The notes: generated from the sequence alone by a model not told the origin. 64,000 bases of DNA from a bacterium (GCA_965205865.1 CBDBHR010000025.1:1-64000), one strand, 5' to 3'. Positions 52,932 to 64,000 are shown, counted from the stretch's first letter. Numbers and translations: made by a program.

Positions 52932-54030
52932 CATGGTGTTTCAATTGATGACGACCCAATTTCGCATTTTTTTCCGGGAACCCGGTGTTTTATTCTGGGT
53001 GTTCGGATTCCCCATTTTAATGGCAACCATTCTGGGAGTTGCCTTTCAACAGGGGGAGGACGAGCAGGTCCGCATCGGCATACTCTCCGGAAACGCCTCA
53101 GCAGTGGGCTCCTTTCAGAGTTGGATGGAAGGCTTGCCCGAGACCCGGCGGGAAAAATCGGAATATGGCGCAGAGTGGCATGTAAATGTAGGCGAACAAA
53201 AGGCTGAAAGGGCTCGTTTTTCATTTTTGTCGACTGAGCGCGAGCAAGCGCTGCGTTTGATCAAACGTGGCGTCATTTCTCTTTTTATCGAAGCCGATTC
53301 CCACTCCATCACCTTCCATTTCGATCCCCGGAACAGCGGAGCGCGCTTGAATTATTTGCTGATTAAAAATGCCTTGCGGGAAGGAGCTCTGCAATCATTG
53401 GAAATCAAAACCTCGCCATTGAGTTCGGCAGGCAGTCGTTATATCGATTTTCTCATCCCGGGGCTGATGGCCCTGGGAGTGATGAATTCCTGCATCTGGG
53501 GAATCGGATGGAGCTTGATCGAAATGAGGATGAAAAAGCTTCTGAGACGCTTGATTGCCACTCCCATGAGAAAATCGGCACTGCTCTTTTCCAGTTTTAT
53601 GAACCGGTTTTTATTGAGCTCCTTCGAACTATTGGTGCTTTTCACTTTCGCCATGATTACCTTCGATCTCGAAATCCAGGGGCGTGTTTTCGATATCGTT
53701 CTCTTGATTTTCTGTGGAAATATCGCCTTTGCGGGAATCGCTATTTTGATGTCTTCGCGAACGGAAAGTACCATTGTGGGAAATGGCTTGATCAACGCCA
53801 TTACGCTGCCTATGATGGCCTTATCCGGAATTTTTTTCAGCTATCATAATTTTCCCGGGTGGAGCATCCCGATCGTCCAAGCGCTGCCATTGACACTGCT
53901 TGCCGACGCAATGAGGAGCATCATCATCGAAGGCGCCAGTATCGTCGAAATGACCGTGCCGATACTCAGTTTGATCGCAACCGGTTTGATCGCATCGATG
54001 ATTGGTTTGAAATTTTATAAATGGCATTGA
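52924..54030 (+). CDS. ABC-2 exporter permease
   Basis: RYIDFLIPG...LRRLIATP; six TM helices. Confidence 0.92.
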   Translation: MTNMVFQLMTTQFRIFFREPGVLFWVFGFPILMATILGVAFQQGEDEQVRIGILSGNASAVGSFQSWMEGLPETRREKSEYGAEWHVNVGEQKAERARFSFLSTEREQALRLIKRGVISLFIEADSHSITFHFDPRNSGARLNYLLIKNALREGALQSLEIKTSPLSSAGSRYIDFLIPGLMALGVMNSCIWGIGWSLIEMRMKKLLRRLIATPMRKSALLFSSFMNRFLLSSFELLVLFTFAMITFDLEIQGRVFDIVLLIFCGNIAFAGIAILMSSRTESTIVGNGLINAITLPMMALSGIFFSYHNFPGWSIPIVQALPLTLLADAMRSIIIEGASIVEMTVPILSLIATGLIASMIGLKFYKWH

Positions 54031-54317
54031 TCCGGACTTGGGACATTCGATTTATTTTTTTAATTTTCATTATTCAATAATATCAGTTGGTTGAAATTCT
54101 GTAAAAAATAATACAGGTTGCTGTTTTCCGTTTTTGATGATACGACCTGTATTAATTCCAATACAGATTCGTAAGACTTTGATTTTATTAAACCCAAAAG
54201 TTGGACAAATTCGCCTGAATTTTTCAGTCAACGGCCACGTCCTATAAATTGCGCACCTGATTCGAATCTCAAAATCGATCGAAACGCCTTTGACGGGCCT
54301 GGAAAGATGGAGGAAAC

Positions 54318-54779
54318 ATGTTGAGAACGATCAGCGAAAAAGAACTCGATGGTATCCTGAGAGAGCACAAGACGTGGCTTGATTCAGGAAAAAAAGAAGG
54401 GACTCGCGCCGATTTGGGCAATGCCGATCTGGCCCAAACGATGCTGATCAGAACCGATCTCCGCGAAGCCGTTCTCAGAGGAGCGAATCTCAGCGAGGCG
54501 GACTTGAGCGAGGCTAACCTGACGGGGGCCGACCTGGCTGAATCAAACCTCAGTCATGGTTTTCTCTTCAAAACGAATCTGAGCCACGCCGACCTTCACC
54601 ATGCCAACTTGACGGGAGCCAAACTGGCATGGACCAAACTGAGCTTCAGCAATCTCAGGGACGCTGATTTGAGAGAATCCGCGTTGCTGAGAGCGGACAT
54701 GAACGATGCTCGATATTCAAAAGACACTCGATTTCCCGACGACTTCGACCCTCGAAAACGAGGAATGGTGCTGGAATAA
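54318..54779 (+). CDS. Pentapeptide-repeat protein
   Basis: A(D/N)Lxx repeats. Confidence 0.92.
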   Translation: MLRTISEKELDGILREHKTWLDSGKKEGTRADLGNADLAQTMLIRTDLREAVLRGANLSEADLSEANLTGADLAESNLSHGFLFKTNLSHADLHHANLTGAKLAWTKLSFSNLRDADLRESALLRADMNDARYSKDTRFPDDFDPRKRGMVLE

Positions 54780-55261
54780 GCAAAGAACCCGGTCGTCTGA
54801 AATTGCTCGCCATTGTCCGCTCCTGGCATGCGCTGATGGAAACAGAACTTATCAAATTTGAAATCGAAAAAACCCTCACGAGTGGACAAAAAATTCTTCC
54901 AGGAAAAGAAGTCGAATCAAGGATTGCTGAGGTTCTCAATGCCTGATTGGTATGAAGATGCCGCCACCCTTTTGGTAGAAATAGCGAAACAGATAGTCCC
55001 CCTCTTGAGTGTTGGTACCTGTTCCCAGTATAATTCACCCTGTGAAGTGTTGGGATTTTGCAAATAGACGGCATTTTCCGGCGTGGTTACCCCGGTTTAC
55101 AGTTATTTTTCCCGATTTTCAGAGGAACAACACTCAAGCGGACGACTATCGGAATTAGAGACAAAAGTGAAACACGAGGCTGCTAAACGTGGGCTTGTTG
55201 TTTGACGAAGCTGAACCAAGAGGTAAGTTGAGATAAAAGCGAATGATAGTGGAGAGGAAAT

Positions 55262-56437
55262 ATGGCGGTGATAGACCGGATTGCGAAGATGCATCAGGAA
55301 ATGACAGTTTGGCGGCGGGATATCCATTCACACCCTGAACTAGGCTTTGAAGAGACACGGACCTCTGACATTGTTGCAGCGAAGTTGAAAGAATTTGGCT
55401 GCGAAGTGCATCGGGGGCTTGGTAAAACCGGTGTTGTAGGGTCGTTGCGTATCGGGAATTCCACACGCGCTATTGGCCTACGAGCTGATATGGACGCATT
55501 GCCCATTCAAGAAGAAAATATCTTTGATCACCGTTCTACCGAGGATGGAAAGATGCACGCCTGTGGCCATGACGGCCATACTACCATGCTGCTGGGTGCT
55601 GCGAAATATCTAGCAGAAACAGGTAATTTTGAAGGCCAGGTCCATTTTATCTTCCAACCTGCCGAAGAAGGCATCGGTGGTGCCCAGGCCATGATAGACG
55701 ATGGGCTTTTTGAAATGTTTCCATGTGATGCCATTTTTGGCATGCACAACAGACCAAAGTTAGATTCGGGTAAATTTGCTGTACGTTCCGGCGCGATGAT
55801 GGCTGGCGGTGCGTTTTTTGATGTTGATATTACGGGATATGGAGCCCATGGAGCACGCCCGGAATCGAGTGTTGATCCGGTGGTGGTGGCAGCCCATATT
55901 GTCACTGCATTGCAGTCAATCGTCTCGCGCAATGTAAGCCCTTTGGATACTGCGGTTGTTTCAACGACCCGGATCAATTCCGGGGAGGCTTATAACGTGA
56001 TTCCTCAGACTGCTCGACTGTCCGGTACAGTACGGGCATTTTCTTCTGAGGTCATGGATTTGGTGGAAAAGCGGATGATTCAGATTGCCAAAGGTATCGC
56101 CGAAGGCTTTGGCGCTACTGTGAAAGTGGATTTCCGGGTGATTTTTGCCCCGACCATCAACCACGCGCAAGAAGCGGAATTTGCTGCTAAGATTTGTCGG
56201 GAAATTGTCGGCGCAGATCGGGTAGAACGTAACCCACCACTGATTATGGCATCGGAGGACTTTTCCTTCATGCTGAATAAAGTGCCGGGGTGTTACATCA
56301 ATATTGGCAACGGACAAGGTGAGGGAGCTTGTGAAGTGCATAACCCCGGTTATGATTTCAACGACGAAGTCTTACCCATCGGAGCTGGTTTTTTTGCCAG
56401 ATTGATAGAAACCCGTCTGGCAAAAGAAGCTATTTGA
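55262..56437 (+). CDS. M20D amidohydrolase (hippurate hydrolase-like)
   Basis: HPELGFEE, RADMDAL, MHACGHDGH, QPAEE. Confidence 0.95.
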   Translation: MAVIDRIAKMHQEMTVWRRDIHSHPELGFEETRTSDIVAAKLKEFGCEVHRGLGKTGVVGSLRIGNSTRAIGLRADMDALPIQEENIFDHRSTEDGKMHACGHDGHTTMLLGAAKYLAETGNFEGQVHFIFQPAEEGIGGAQAMIDDGLFEMFPCDAIFGMHNRPKLDSGKFAVRSGAMMAGGAFFDVDITGYGAHGARPESSVDPVVVAAHIVTALQSIVSRNVSPLDTAVVSTTRINSGEAYNVIPQTARLSGTVRAFSSEVMDLVEKRMIQIAKGIAEGFGATVKVDFRVIFAPTINHAQEAEFAAKICREIVGADRVERNPPLIMASEDFSFMLNKVPGCYINIGNGQGEGACEVHNPGYDFNDEVLPIGAGFFARLIETRLAKEAI

Positions 56438-56747
56438 TTCAGTTTTTCAGAGATTGAACCGGGTATCTTATTTTTTTCCTCATACCCAAGGGTTGCGCCA
56501 AAGCATTCCAATCGATTTCTGCTTCATCAGTGTTCGCCAGTCGGTTTGAAACGTTTCGATTTGATCGAACCTCTTTTCATCCGGCAGCCGTTTTTTCCCC
56601 TAACCGACCCCTGGACTCAAACAGGTCGCCGCCTTCATCAGGGCATTTTGTTTTTCACAGGAGGGCCAACGATCAAAATAGGCCTTCACCCCTTCTGAGA
56701 CCTCAAAGAGGGTTAAAGAATTTCTGCTGGTCTTTCGTTTACTTTTG

Positions 56748-56894
56748 TGATAGTTTTCAAGAAATCGCCTTTGGCTGAAGGATTTTAAGAATTTCGGCTT
56801 GTTTTTCTATTTCTTTTTTGATATTTTTCAACGAAATCGCCTTTGGCTGTCAGAAGGGCAATTTTGATAGTTTTCAAGAAAACGCCTTTGGCTG
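56748..56894 (+). repeat. Three ~30-bp direct repeats TGATAGTTTTCAAGAAATCGCCTTTGGCTG
   Basis: Copies at ~56748, 56819 and 56865; gaps of ~41 and ~15 bp. Confidence 0.8.
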
Positions 56895-57413
56895 ACAGAA
56901 GAAAAATAATGAGATCCTTACGCTTTGCTCAGGATGACATGAAAGTCTGAAATTAACCCGTTTCAAGTATAAAAAATCTTGTTAATGAGGTGGATATGAG
57001 AGTAAACTCAAAAATTAGTTCCCAGTAATAAGTTCCGAGCACCAAGCTCCCAATCACAAGTTCTACCCCCTTATATTATCTCGACTTCAGGGAGAGATCC
57101 CTAAGATTCCTCGTTCCCAATTCCCCGTTCCCCGTTTCGGGAAGGGAACGTCAATGAATTTGGAAAATCATGGGCGCCTGAGTGCGTTCTTCAACCTAAA
57201 TAACAAGAAAGGAAAAATTATGGAGATGACCAAAAATAAAAGAAGCAATGGTAGGGGAACAAATCCTTTTTTAATTTTGTTTTTAATCAAAAAGCAGAAA
57301 GGAGCACCATGAACCGTCAAAAAAGTAGAGAAAACGTCGAGAACGTGCTTTCGGGAGCGAAAGCAGGTTTTAAATCAATCCTTAATTTTGAACATGCAAT
57401 CGAAAGGAACAAG

Positions 57414-59224
57414 ATGGAAAATCAAAAAAGCAAATCAACCTTCAGTGCAATTCTGATGTCCCTCACCCTGATGGTGGCAGTTTTCCTTGCCGGTCCGGCT
57501 GCCGCCCAGAAGAAGTATGTGACGGATCCCTCCACCGGCAAGGTGGTGTCCGCGCCAGAGTATGGCGGGATAATCACCTATTCGCAGCCTTATAACCCTC
57601 CGAGTCCTGACGTCTATATCCATCACGATGCGGCAGAAGCCCTCGGTGTGGTTGTAGAGACGCTAGCCATCGCGGACTGGGCACTAGATAGGGACGTATT
57701 TAACTATAGAACATCGTACATGCCTGACTTTGTCTGGCGAGGGCACCTGGCTGAAAGCTGGGAAACACCCTACCCACTAACTATCGTCTTGCATATCCGC
57801 AAGGGTGTTCACTAGCACGATAAGGCGCCGATGAACGATCGGAAATAAAACCATTTCCGAGCTAACTGCCACGGATATCGAATATAACTTGCACTGTTAT
57901 TTGGGTCAGGGCAGCGGCTTCACCGAACCGAATCCCAAGTACGCCTTTCTCCCGTTCATGAATCTGCCATGGGAATCGATAACGGCCACCGACGATCGGA
58001 CGGTTGTTCTTAGGCTGACGAAGGCAGACCCCGACGCGCTACAGCTAATTTTTCAAAGCGTCCAGACTTTTATATACCCCCCCGAGGTAATCAAGGAACA
58101 CGGCGACCTTTCCGATTGGCGTAATGTGGTCGGCACCGGGCCCTTTGAGCTGACTGACTGGGTCGAGGGCAGCTCTATGACCTGGATCAAGAATCTTAAC
58201 TACTGGGGCTACGACGAAAAATACCCGGAGAATCGCTTGCCCTATGTTGACGGGTTACAGATGCTGGTTATGCCAGACGTAGCAACACGTATGGCGGCAT
58301 TACGCTCGGGAAAGATTGATGGACTGGCTGCGTTTCTCGGCTGGAGTCAACTAAAGTCTATGGACCAGGTAGACAGCCTTAGGAAGACCAACCCCGAACT
58401 GGTGATGGAGCCGTTTTCATTTCGGTCGATGTCGTCTTGGACTGCTAACTCGAGGAGGGCGCCCTTTGACGACGTCAGGGTACGCCACGCAATGCAGATG
58501 GCACTGGACCTTGACACAATTAACGCTGCGTACTGGAAGGGTTATGCAGATACGATACCCCAGGGGAAGATAGGGGGCAGGTACGGCCGGGTATTTCATC
58601 CCATTTGCAGACTGGCCTGAAGAGCTCAAGGGATACTATACCTATGACCCGGAAGGGGCAGAAGCGTTGCTTGATGAGGCTGGATATCCGCGCGGCGCCG
58701 ACGGCATTAGATTCAAGACCGTCTTGCAAGTGAGCCTCCCGATTTTTGCAGCCTATGTACAGAATAGCGAATTAGCTGCCTCCTACTGGGCTGCGATTGG
58801 CGTTGATGTAGAGGTTAGGGAGACTGAGACTTCTGTTCTTAGGGCAAGGGTTGATGAAGGTGATTTTGATATGTTCACTACTGCTTCGGGTTCGGATACC
58901 GGGGCTCTCATTCAGATACTTATGCACAAGTCGGACTCTACTTACAACCCCCCCAACGTCCGGGACCCGGTTTATGACGCCATGGTTGCAGAGGTCCAAG
59001 CCGCTACCACCATTGAGCAGCGGAAGAGGCTGGTTAAACCGATAGATATGTACATGACAGAAAAGCACTGGTATATATGGGGTTCCAGAGTTCCGCAGTT
59101 TAACGTGGTCCAGCCGTGGCTGGTAGGTTACGCCGGTGAAACCGAATTGGGAGAGACTGATCGTGCACTAATCGCGGCCCGCGTCTGGATCGATAGTGCG
59201 CTGAAAAAAGAAGTGGGTTACTAA
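57414..59224 (+). pseudogene. ABC substrate-binding protein, family 5, paralogue 3, inactivated
   Basis: TGG>TAG at ~57813, palindromic insertion at ~57840, frameshift near 58600. Confidence 0.9.
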
Positions 59225-59306
59225 GGATTCTCGGGAGAGCTGGGTGGCTCAAGCTTCCTAGCTCCCTTACTTAACTTATTGAACACCGGGAGGAGTCCTT
59301 TCGTAC

Positions 59307-59443
59307 TGTCATCCCGGACTTGATCCGGGATCCAGGAGTTCTTGGGTAGGTCCCCTAGATTCCGGGTCAAGCCCGGAATGACAAATCAAACTAAATAGTC
59401 GTTCCTGAAACAAGCCTCAACTATATCCTGACAGCAGTTCTAA
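59307..59443. repeat. REP doublet element between SBP and permease
   Basis: TGTCATCCCGGACTTGATCCGGGATCCA...GGAATGACA. Confidence 0.8.
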
Positions 59444-59468
59444 TCCGCAGAATGATGAGGAGTGTCAC

Positions 59469-60470
59469 ATGAGAGCCTATATCATCAGGCGGTTATTGCT
59501 CGTAATCCCCACTCTGTTTATCTTGACTGTCCTGGTCTTCCTCACCGTGCGTCTTATCCCGGGCGATATAATAGACGCAATGTTGGCCGACTTGTCTTAC
59601 TATTACGCGTGGATAGACCGTGAAGCTCCTGAGGCGAAATTGGGATTGGACGTGCCTGTCTACGTGCAGTATGGACGCTGGATAGGAGTGTTGCCGACTC
59701 CTGACTGGGTTACCGGTGAGTCCCACTTCAAAGGTCTTCTCCAGGGCAACCTTGGCCACTCAATGATTCGCGGCAAGGTGGCGGTAGACGAGTTGATAAT
59801 AGGTAGACTGCCGGTAACCATTGAGCTCGGTGTCCTGGCAATCGTAATCGGGCTCGTGATCGCCCTGCCCGTTGGTATCTACTCGGCGATTCGCCAGGAT
59901 ACCGCCGCCGACTACGCAGGGCGAACCGTCGCCATCCTCGGCCTGGCAACGCCTAACTTCTGGCTGGGAATGATGGTCATGATCTTCCCGGCAATCTGGT
60001 GGGGCTGGACGCCCCCGCTGAAGCTGATTCCTTTCACCGAAGACCCGCTGGGCAATCTCGGGATGTTCCTCCTTCCCAGCCTGATCGTGGGGACGGCCAC
60101 GGCTGCAAGCACCATGCGGATGACGCGTACCATGATGCTTGAGGTGCTCAGGCAGGACTATATCAGGACCTCCTGGTCCAAGGGTCTCAAGGAGAGGGTA
60201 GTCGTTCTGAGACACGCCCTGAAGAATGCACTCATCCCGGTTGTCACCCTGATAGGCATGGAGTTGCCTATCGTGGTTGGTGGCGCCGTTATCATGGAGA
60301 ACATATTCAACCTACCGCGGCTAGGTCAGCTCATGGTGAATGCCCTCAATGACAGAGACTACCCGCTGATCTCCGGGATCAACCTGTTTTTCGCCACGGC
60401 GGTTGTGGGGATCAATCTAATGATCGACCTGATTTATGCTTTCTTGGACCCAAGGGTCCGTTATAAATAA
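59469..60470 (+). CDS. ABC permease, DppB-like, paralogue
   Basis: Highly similar to 29127..30083. Confidence 0.93.
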   Translation: MRAYIIRRLLLVIPTLFILTVLVFLTVRLIPGDIIDAMLADLSYYYAWIDREAPEAKLGLDVPVYVQYGRWIGVLPTPDWVTGESHFKGLLQGNLGHSMIRGKVAVDELIIGRLPVTIELGVLAIVIGLVIALPVGIYSAIRQDTAADYAGRTVAILGLATPNFWLGMMVMIFPAIWWGWTPPLKLIPFTEDPLGNLGMFLLPSLIVGTATAASTMRMTRTMMLEVLRQDYIRTSWSKGLKERVVVLRHALKNALIPVVTLIGMELPIVVGGAVIMENIFNLPRLGQLMVNALNDRDYPLISGINLFFATAVVGINLMIDLIYAFLDPRVRYK

Positions 60471-60486
60471 AGGAAAAACAGAGAGT

Positions 60487-61455
60487 ATGAGTGACGCCAC
60501 AGGGATACCATCAGCAGCAAGTGCGCCAAAGAGACGTGCCGGTCTGGCTGATTTCTTTGTCAGGCTGTGGAAGGAGAAGCCACTGGGTACTGTCAGCGGG
60601 ATTATCATATTGATATTGATTCTAGTCGCTATCTTTGCTGATGTTCTGGCCCCTTATCCATATATTGAAGTACACCTGATAGACCGGCTTCAGGGCCCAT
60701 CAGCACAGTATCTGCTGGGTACCGACGGGTTGGGGCGAGACCTCTTGAGCCGCCTTATCTACGGGGCTCGTATTTCGTTATTTGTCGGTCTGGCGGCGAC
60801 CACTATCAATGTTTTGGTCGCCGTCCTGCTCGGCGGCACTTCAGGATTCCTTGGCGGTAAGTTGGACCTGGGTGTGCAGAGATTTGTCGATGCCTGGATT
60901 GCTTTCCCGGGACTGCTCCTGTTGTTAACCATCATGTCCATAGTGGGGCGGGGTGTGCCACAGATAATAGTGGTCCTGGGGATAGCCGGAGGCATCGGCG
61001 CCTCCCGAGTCGTCAGAGGCGCCGTTATTGGTGTTAAAGAGAATGACTATTTTCTGGCAGCCAGGGCTGTGGGTACCCCCACGAGCCTAATCCTGGTCCG
61101 CCATGTCCTGCCCAATATTATGGCGCCTGTCATCATCATATTTAGCATCAACGTCGGTGGCGTAATCCTGAGTGCGGCTTCTCTGAGCTTTCTCGGATTC
61201 GGGCTGCCAGTCGAAATTCCTGAGTGGGGAAGTCTTCTCAGCCGGGACGGGCGTGAGTACATGGAGATGGCGCCATACCTGGCTTTCTGGCCTGGTCTTT
61301 GCCTGACTATTACCATTTACAGTCTAAACATGTTCGGTGACGCCGTGAGGGACCTGCTCGACCCCAGGCTCAGGGGCGGAGAGGGCAGTTACGGCACTGC
61401 GGTGGTGAAACGCAAACGAGGCTTCCTCTCCAGACTGCTCAACCCTTTCAACTAG
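60487..61455 (+). CDS. ABC permease, DppC-like, paralogue
   Basis: LGTDGLGRD; intact paralogue of 30288..31260. Confidence 0.93.
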   Translation: MSDATGIPSAASAPKRRAGLADFFVRLWKEKPLGTVSGIIILILILVAIFADVLAPYPYIEVHLIDRLQGPSAQYLLGTDGLGRDLLSRLIYGARISLFVGLAATTINVLVAVLLGGTSGFLGGKLDLGVQRFVDAWIAFPGLLLLLTIMSIVGRGVPQIIVVLGIAGGIGASRVVRGAVIGVKENDYFLAARAVGTPTSLILVRHVLPNIMAPVIIIFSINVGGVILSAASLSFLGFGLPVEIPEWGSLLSRDGREYMEMAPYLAFWPGLCLTITIYSLNMFGDAVRDLLDPRLRGGEGSYGTAVVKRKRGFLSRLLNPFN

Positions 61456-61522
61456 TAAGCAAACCAAAAGAGCCTGTCCCTGTTACAGACGTGGTTGTCG
61501 TGAGAAACCAAAGAAAAAGAGC

Positions 61523-62108
61523 TTATACATCCGGATCTATTCCAGCTTTTTTCAAGATTTCTCTGAGACGTTTTTCTCTAGCTGCTGTCTCTTCCTCTCT
61601 CCGCAAGGCAGCTTCTCTTTCTTGCAGGGCATCTTCAAAGAGCTTTTGCCTTGTTTTTTCTTCACGGATGGCAATTTGACGGGCTTGGTATAAATGATAA
61701 TTCGCTTCTTTTTCAGAAAATCGTTTTAAGACTGCCATTGCTTGCCTCATTTCAGGGGTGTTGATTATTTCGGGTAGTTCCCTCCAGTTTTCGGCTTTGC
61801 AGTTGGGATCGATAAATATCGCTCCATGTGTAGAGCATCCTCTCCGGCAAATGTGGAAATACGGATAGTTGAATTTCTATCTGGTAGCTGGTTTTATTTT
61901 CATCTTTGGCTTTGACATCGACTATCGTCAATTTGTCCGAATAAAACTCGCGTTCATTGTAGGGGTTGAGGATTTCAACATCCGAAATGGGAGACTTTGG
62001 AACCAAAACACCGTTGAGGAAATCAATCAATAAATTTGTATTTTCTTCTGACCCCAAAATGCTCATAAAGACACAATCTACTGTCGGAGAAATGGCATGT
62101 TTCAACAT
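61523..62108 (-). pseudogene. Rpn-family PD-(D/E)xK protein, internally deleted
   Basis: PTVDCVF...VDVKA...IEIQ...ERMLY followed directly by the C-terminal MRQAM...YQARQ part. Confidence 0.85.
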
Positions 62109-62374
62109 GACGATCCTAAAAGAAGGGGAACAAGAAATCACTTGTTTTCAGTAAGTATATCAAACCGTTTGGGCAACAGCGAGATTTATTTGTTTTCGCT
62201 TTGTCTCAAAGTCATTTTCTCGATTACTCTAGACTGCTCTATGTCTGAATTTGGCATTTATCAATCTTCGCCGAATGGTTCTCCTTTCGTGAAAAGGGGT
62301 CAAAAGGGGTCAGGTTGTGCGCCAGGAAAGCTTAAATCCGGGGACAGTTACTAATTTCTAAATAAGGAGCGATC

Positions 62375-62760
62375 ATGTCTACACAAAATAACGCTAACAA
62401 CAAGGAGCAGCTCTTATTGCCCGGCCGTCTGGGTGATCCCCAGAGGGACTGGAGGACCGATCCGCGCCTTGACCCTTTTATGATCACCGCGCTCGTCCAG
62501 TGTGGCTTAGACGATGCTGCGGCGCCTGCACCGGTGAACGCGGACTCGCCCCTGGAGGAAAAGCGCGACTTTTATGCAGAACTCGAGCCTGACCATGAAG
62601 TCCGGTTCAAAGCTTTGAACCCGGACCTTCCCCCGATTGAGAATGTGGAGCGGCGTAGCGAGGTCATCAAAGGGGAGGGTGGAGTTCCGCAATGGCGCGG
62701 GCAAGCTGGGGAAACATCCCTTCCCCGCTGGCCTCAATGACTGCATGAGACGTTGCTGAT
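62375..62760 (+). pseudogene. Alpha/beta hydrolase (esterase) remnant with internal deletion
   Basis: N-cap PGRLGDP..DPR; another frame gives GVEFRNGAGKLGKHPFPAGLNDC; catalytic core absent. Confidence 0.7.
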
Positions 62761-63203
62761 TATGCCAAGCAGTTTTCAAATTGAAAATCATCTCGTAATT
62801 TGGAAATACTGTTATAAATCTCATCGTTACTTACCAAAATACACTCTTCAACAATGGCTGTGCTGGCAAGCATAATATCGATATTGTGCCTTTTCATATT
62901 CTTTGAGCTGATCTTGCGGGTTTCTTTCAGTGATTTTTTTATTTCACCAAATTGCTTGGCTTGTGGTTTTGTCAATTCAAGAGTCGGATAATGATTCTCA
63001 ACTTCTTGAATGAGCTTCTCAATCCGTTCTTTCTCTTCCTGAGAGGAATTTTCAAGACTGTATGCCAGTTCGTAATGGCATAAAATGGATACGCAGAATT
63101 CACTTTCTCTGCGAGAGAGCATCTGCTCATTGATCACTTTCCAATATTTTGATTTTTCATCATAAAAATATGAAAGGATATTACTATCCGGCAGATACCG
63201 CAT
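62760..63203 (-). CDS. VapC-like PIN-domain toxin
   Basis: DSNILS...ELAY...DIMLASTA...LVSND. Confidence 0.88.
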   Translation of the reverse strand: MRYLPDSNILSYFYDEKSKYWKVINEQMLSRRESEFCVSILCHYELAYSLENSSQEEKERIEKLIQEVENHYPTLELTKPQAKQFGEIKKSLKETRKISSKNMKRHNIDIMLASTAIVEECILVSNDEIYNSISKLRDDFQFENCLA

Positions 63204-63466
63204 TATTCGTCATGTTTAAATGAAAAATTATCCCTGAATTCTCGAGCAGTAGCGACTATTTGTGCTGAAGTTCCGTTAAGATCCACCTGATGCGCTTGAC
63301 GACTTTCAAATATCCGATCTACTTGAGTTTTACCGGATGACTCCTCTCGTTGAGTTTCTTCCTCTATCGCTTTATTGACAGTTGCCGTCAGAAATTCTTT
63401 TGGATCTTTTTTCTTGGCTTTTAATAGTGTCCAGGCAGATTCCGAGACCTCAATTTTGAGTTCCAT
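63203..63466 (-). CDS. Putative antitoxin of the PIN toxin
   Basis: Small upstream gene whose stop overlaps the toxin start. Confidence 0.7.
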   Translation of the reverse strand: MELKIEVSESAWTLLKAKKKDPKEFLTATVNKAIEEETQREESSGKTQVDRIFESRQAHQVDLNGTSAQIVATAREFRDNFSFKHDE

Positions 63467-63682
63467 TTTTTGCTCCTCTCTTTGTGTTATCATATGTTTG
63501 ATAAATATTTTGGTTTCAATGGGATTCTGGTCATTTTTTAGCCAAATCAACCCATCAAATGAAACGGATCAACCCTCATTCCAGAGTGACCAACAGATGG
63601 CAAATGTAAATAACCAAAACATTTATAATATCGACACGCCTTCTTTTACCATAACTCCCATTTTTCTACCAGCTTGGAAAGG

Positions 63683-64000
63683 GTAGAGGCAGACAGGCAT
63701 TGTCCATTTAGGTTTGGCTTATCGGTTTCCGCCCCTTTCGTCTGACGGAGTCTTAATAGCCGAACTTTGTGTCTTCCTCCAGTCCGCCCTCATCAAACCA
63801 TGCATACGGTTTTCCCAGCTTTCCGATGTTCTTCATCTCAAAGCATGCGCCTTCTTCCAAGGAGCTGAAGTTGGAAGTTCCAGCCCAGCGAGAAATTCAC
63901 TCACCCCCTCAATGCTCTCTATTGCGCTAAAGCTCCTCCCATCTATGCCAGGGGAACCTTGATTGGCGCGAACAAGATGATAAGCATGGAGGAGATTATC
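63683..64000 (-). mobile_element. Group II intron 3' remnant (class F-like) with deleted RT
   Basis: AYHLVRANQGSPGIDG (RT0) fused to PTSAPWKKAHALR*; damaged D5; D6 with GACGAAAGGGGCGGAAAC; ends CTCTAC. Confidence 0.75.

Noticed and set aside
54836-55067. Small Cys-containing protein or RiPP precursor
   Set aside because: Appears split across frames, and no modifying enzymes are nearby
56748-56894. CRISPR array
   Set aside because: Only three repeats, gaps of ~41 and ~15 bp, and no cas genes in the window
1-64000. rRNA, tRNA or known riboswitches
   Set aside because: None recognised by eye; an Rfam/tRNAscan search was not possible

Overview
A bacterial chromosomal window with AT-rich intergenic DNA and GC-richer islands. 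A SAR324/deltaproteobacterial-like host is a guess only. Main blocks: (i) a cytochrome c oxidase and heme A operon on the minus strand (ctaB-coxB-coxA-[IS1595]-coxC-coxD-coxC2-small CxxC protein-ctaA-DUF420, ~4.4-12.5 kb); (ii) a defence/mobilome island (13-26.5 kb) with a frameshifted type IIG R-M gene, an AAA-ATPase + PD-(D/E)xK nuclease pair, nested IS1380/IS630/MITE remnants, an ORF-less group II intron inside a ParE-like toxin, a full class C group II intron inserted in an attC site, and Rpn-like genes; (iii) three paralogous family-5 ABC substrate-binding genes, two of them followed by permeases and none by an ATPase, with unusual modular leaders; (iv) a catabolic cluster (SDRs, CitE, ThDP enzyme, ADC, Ldh_2, AKR); (v) an intact IS1380, three copies of a 158-bp TWA-duplicating MITE, many GTCAT-type REP elements, an ABC-2 exporter, an M20 amidohydrolase, TA modules, and a third intron remnant at the right edge. 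The most novel-looking item is a 559-bp element with IS200/IS605-type end hairpins in which the transposase is replaced by a four-helix-bundle (IVS/Avd-like) gene, inserted without target duplication into a PIN-like toxin gene. Second is a ~240-bp tandem promoter-hairpin-terminator array upstream of a solute-binding gene. All family assignments come from motif recognition by eye; no searches were run.
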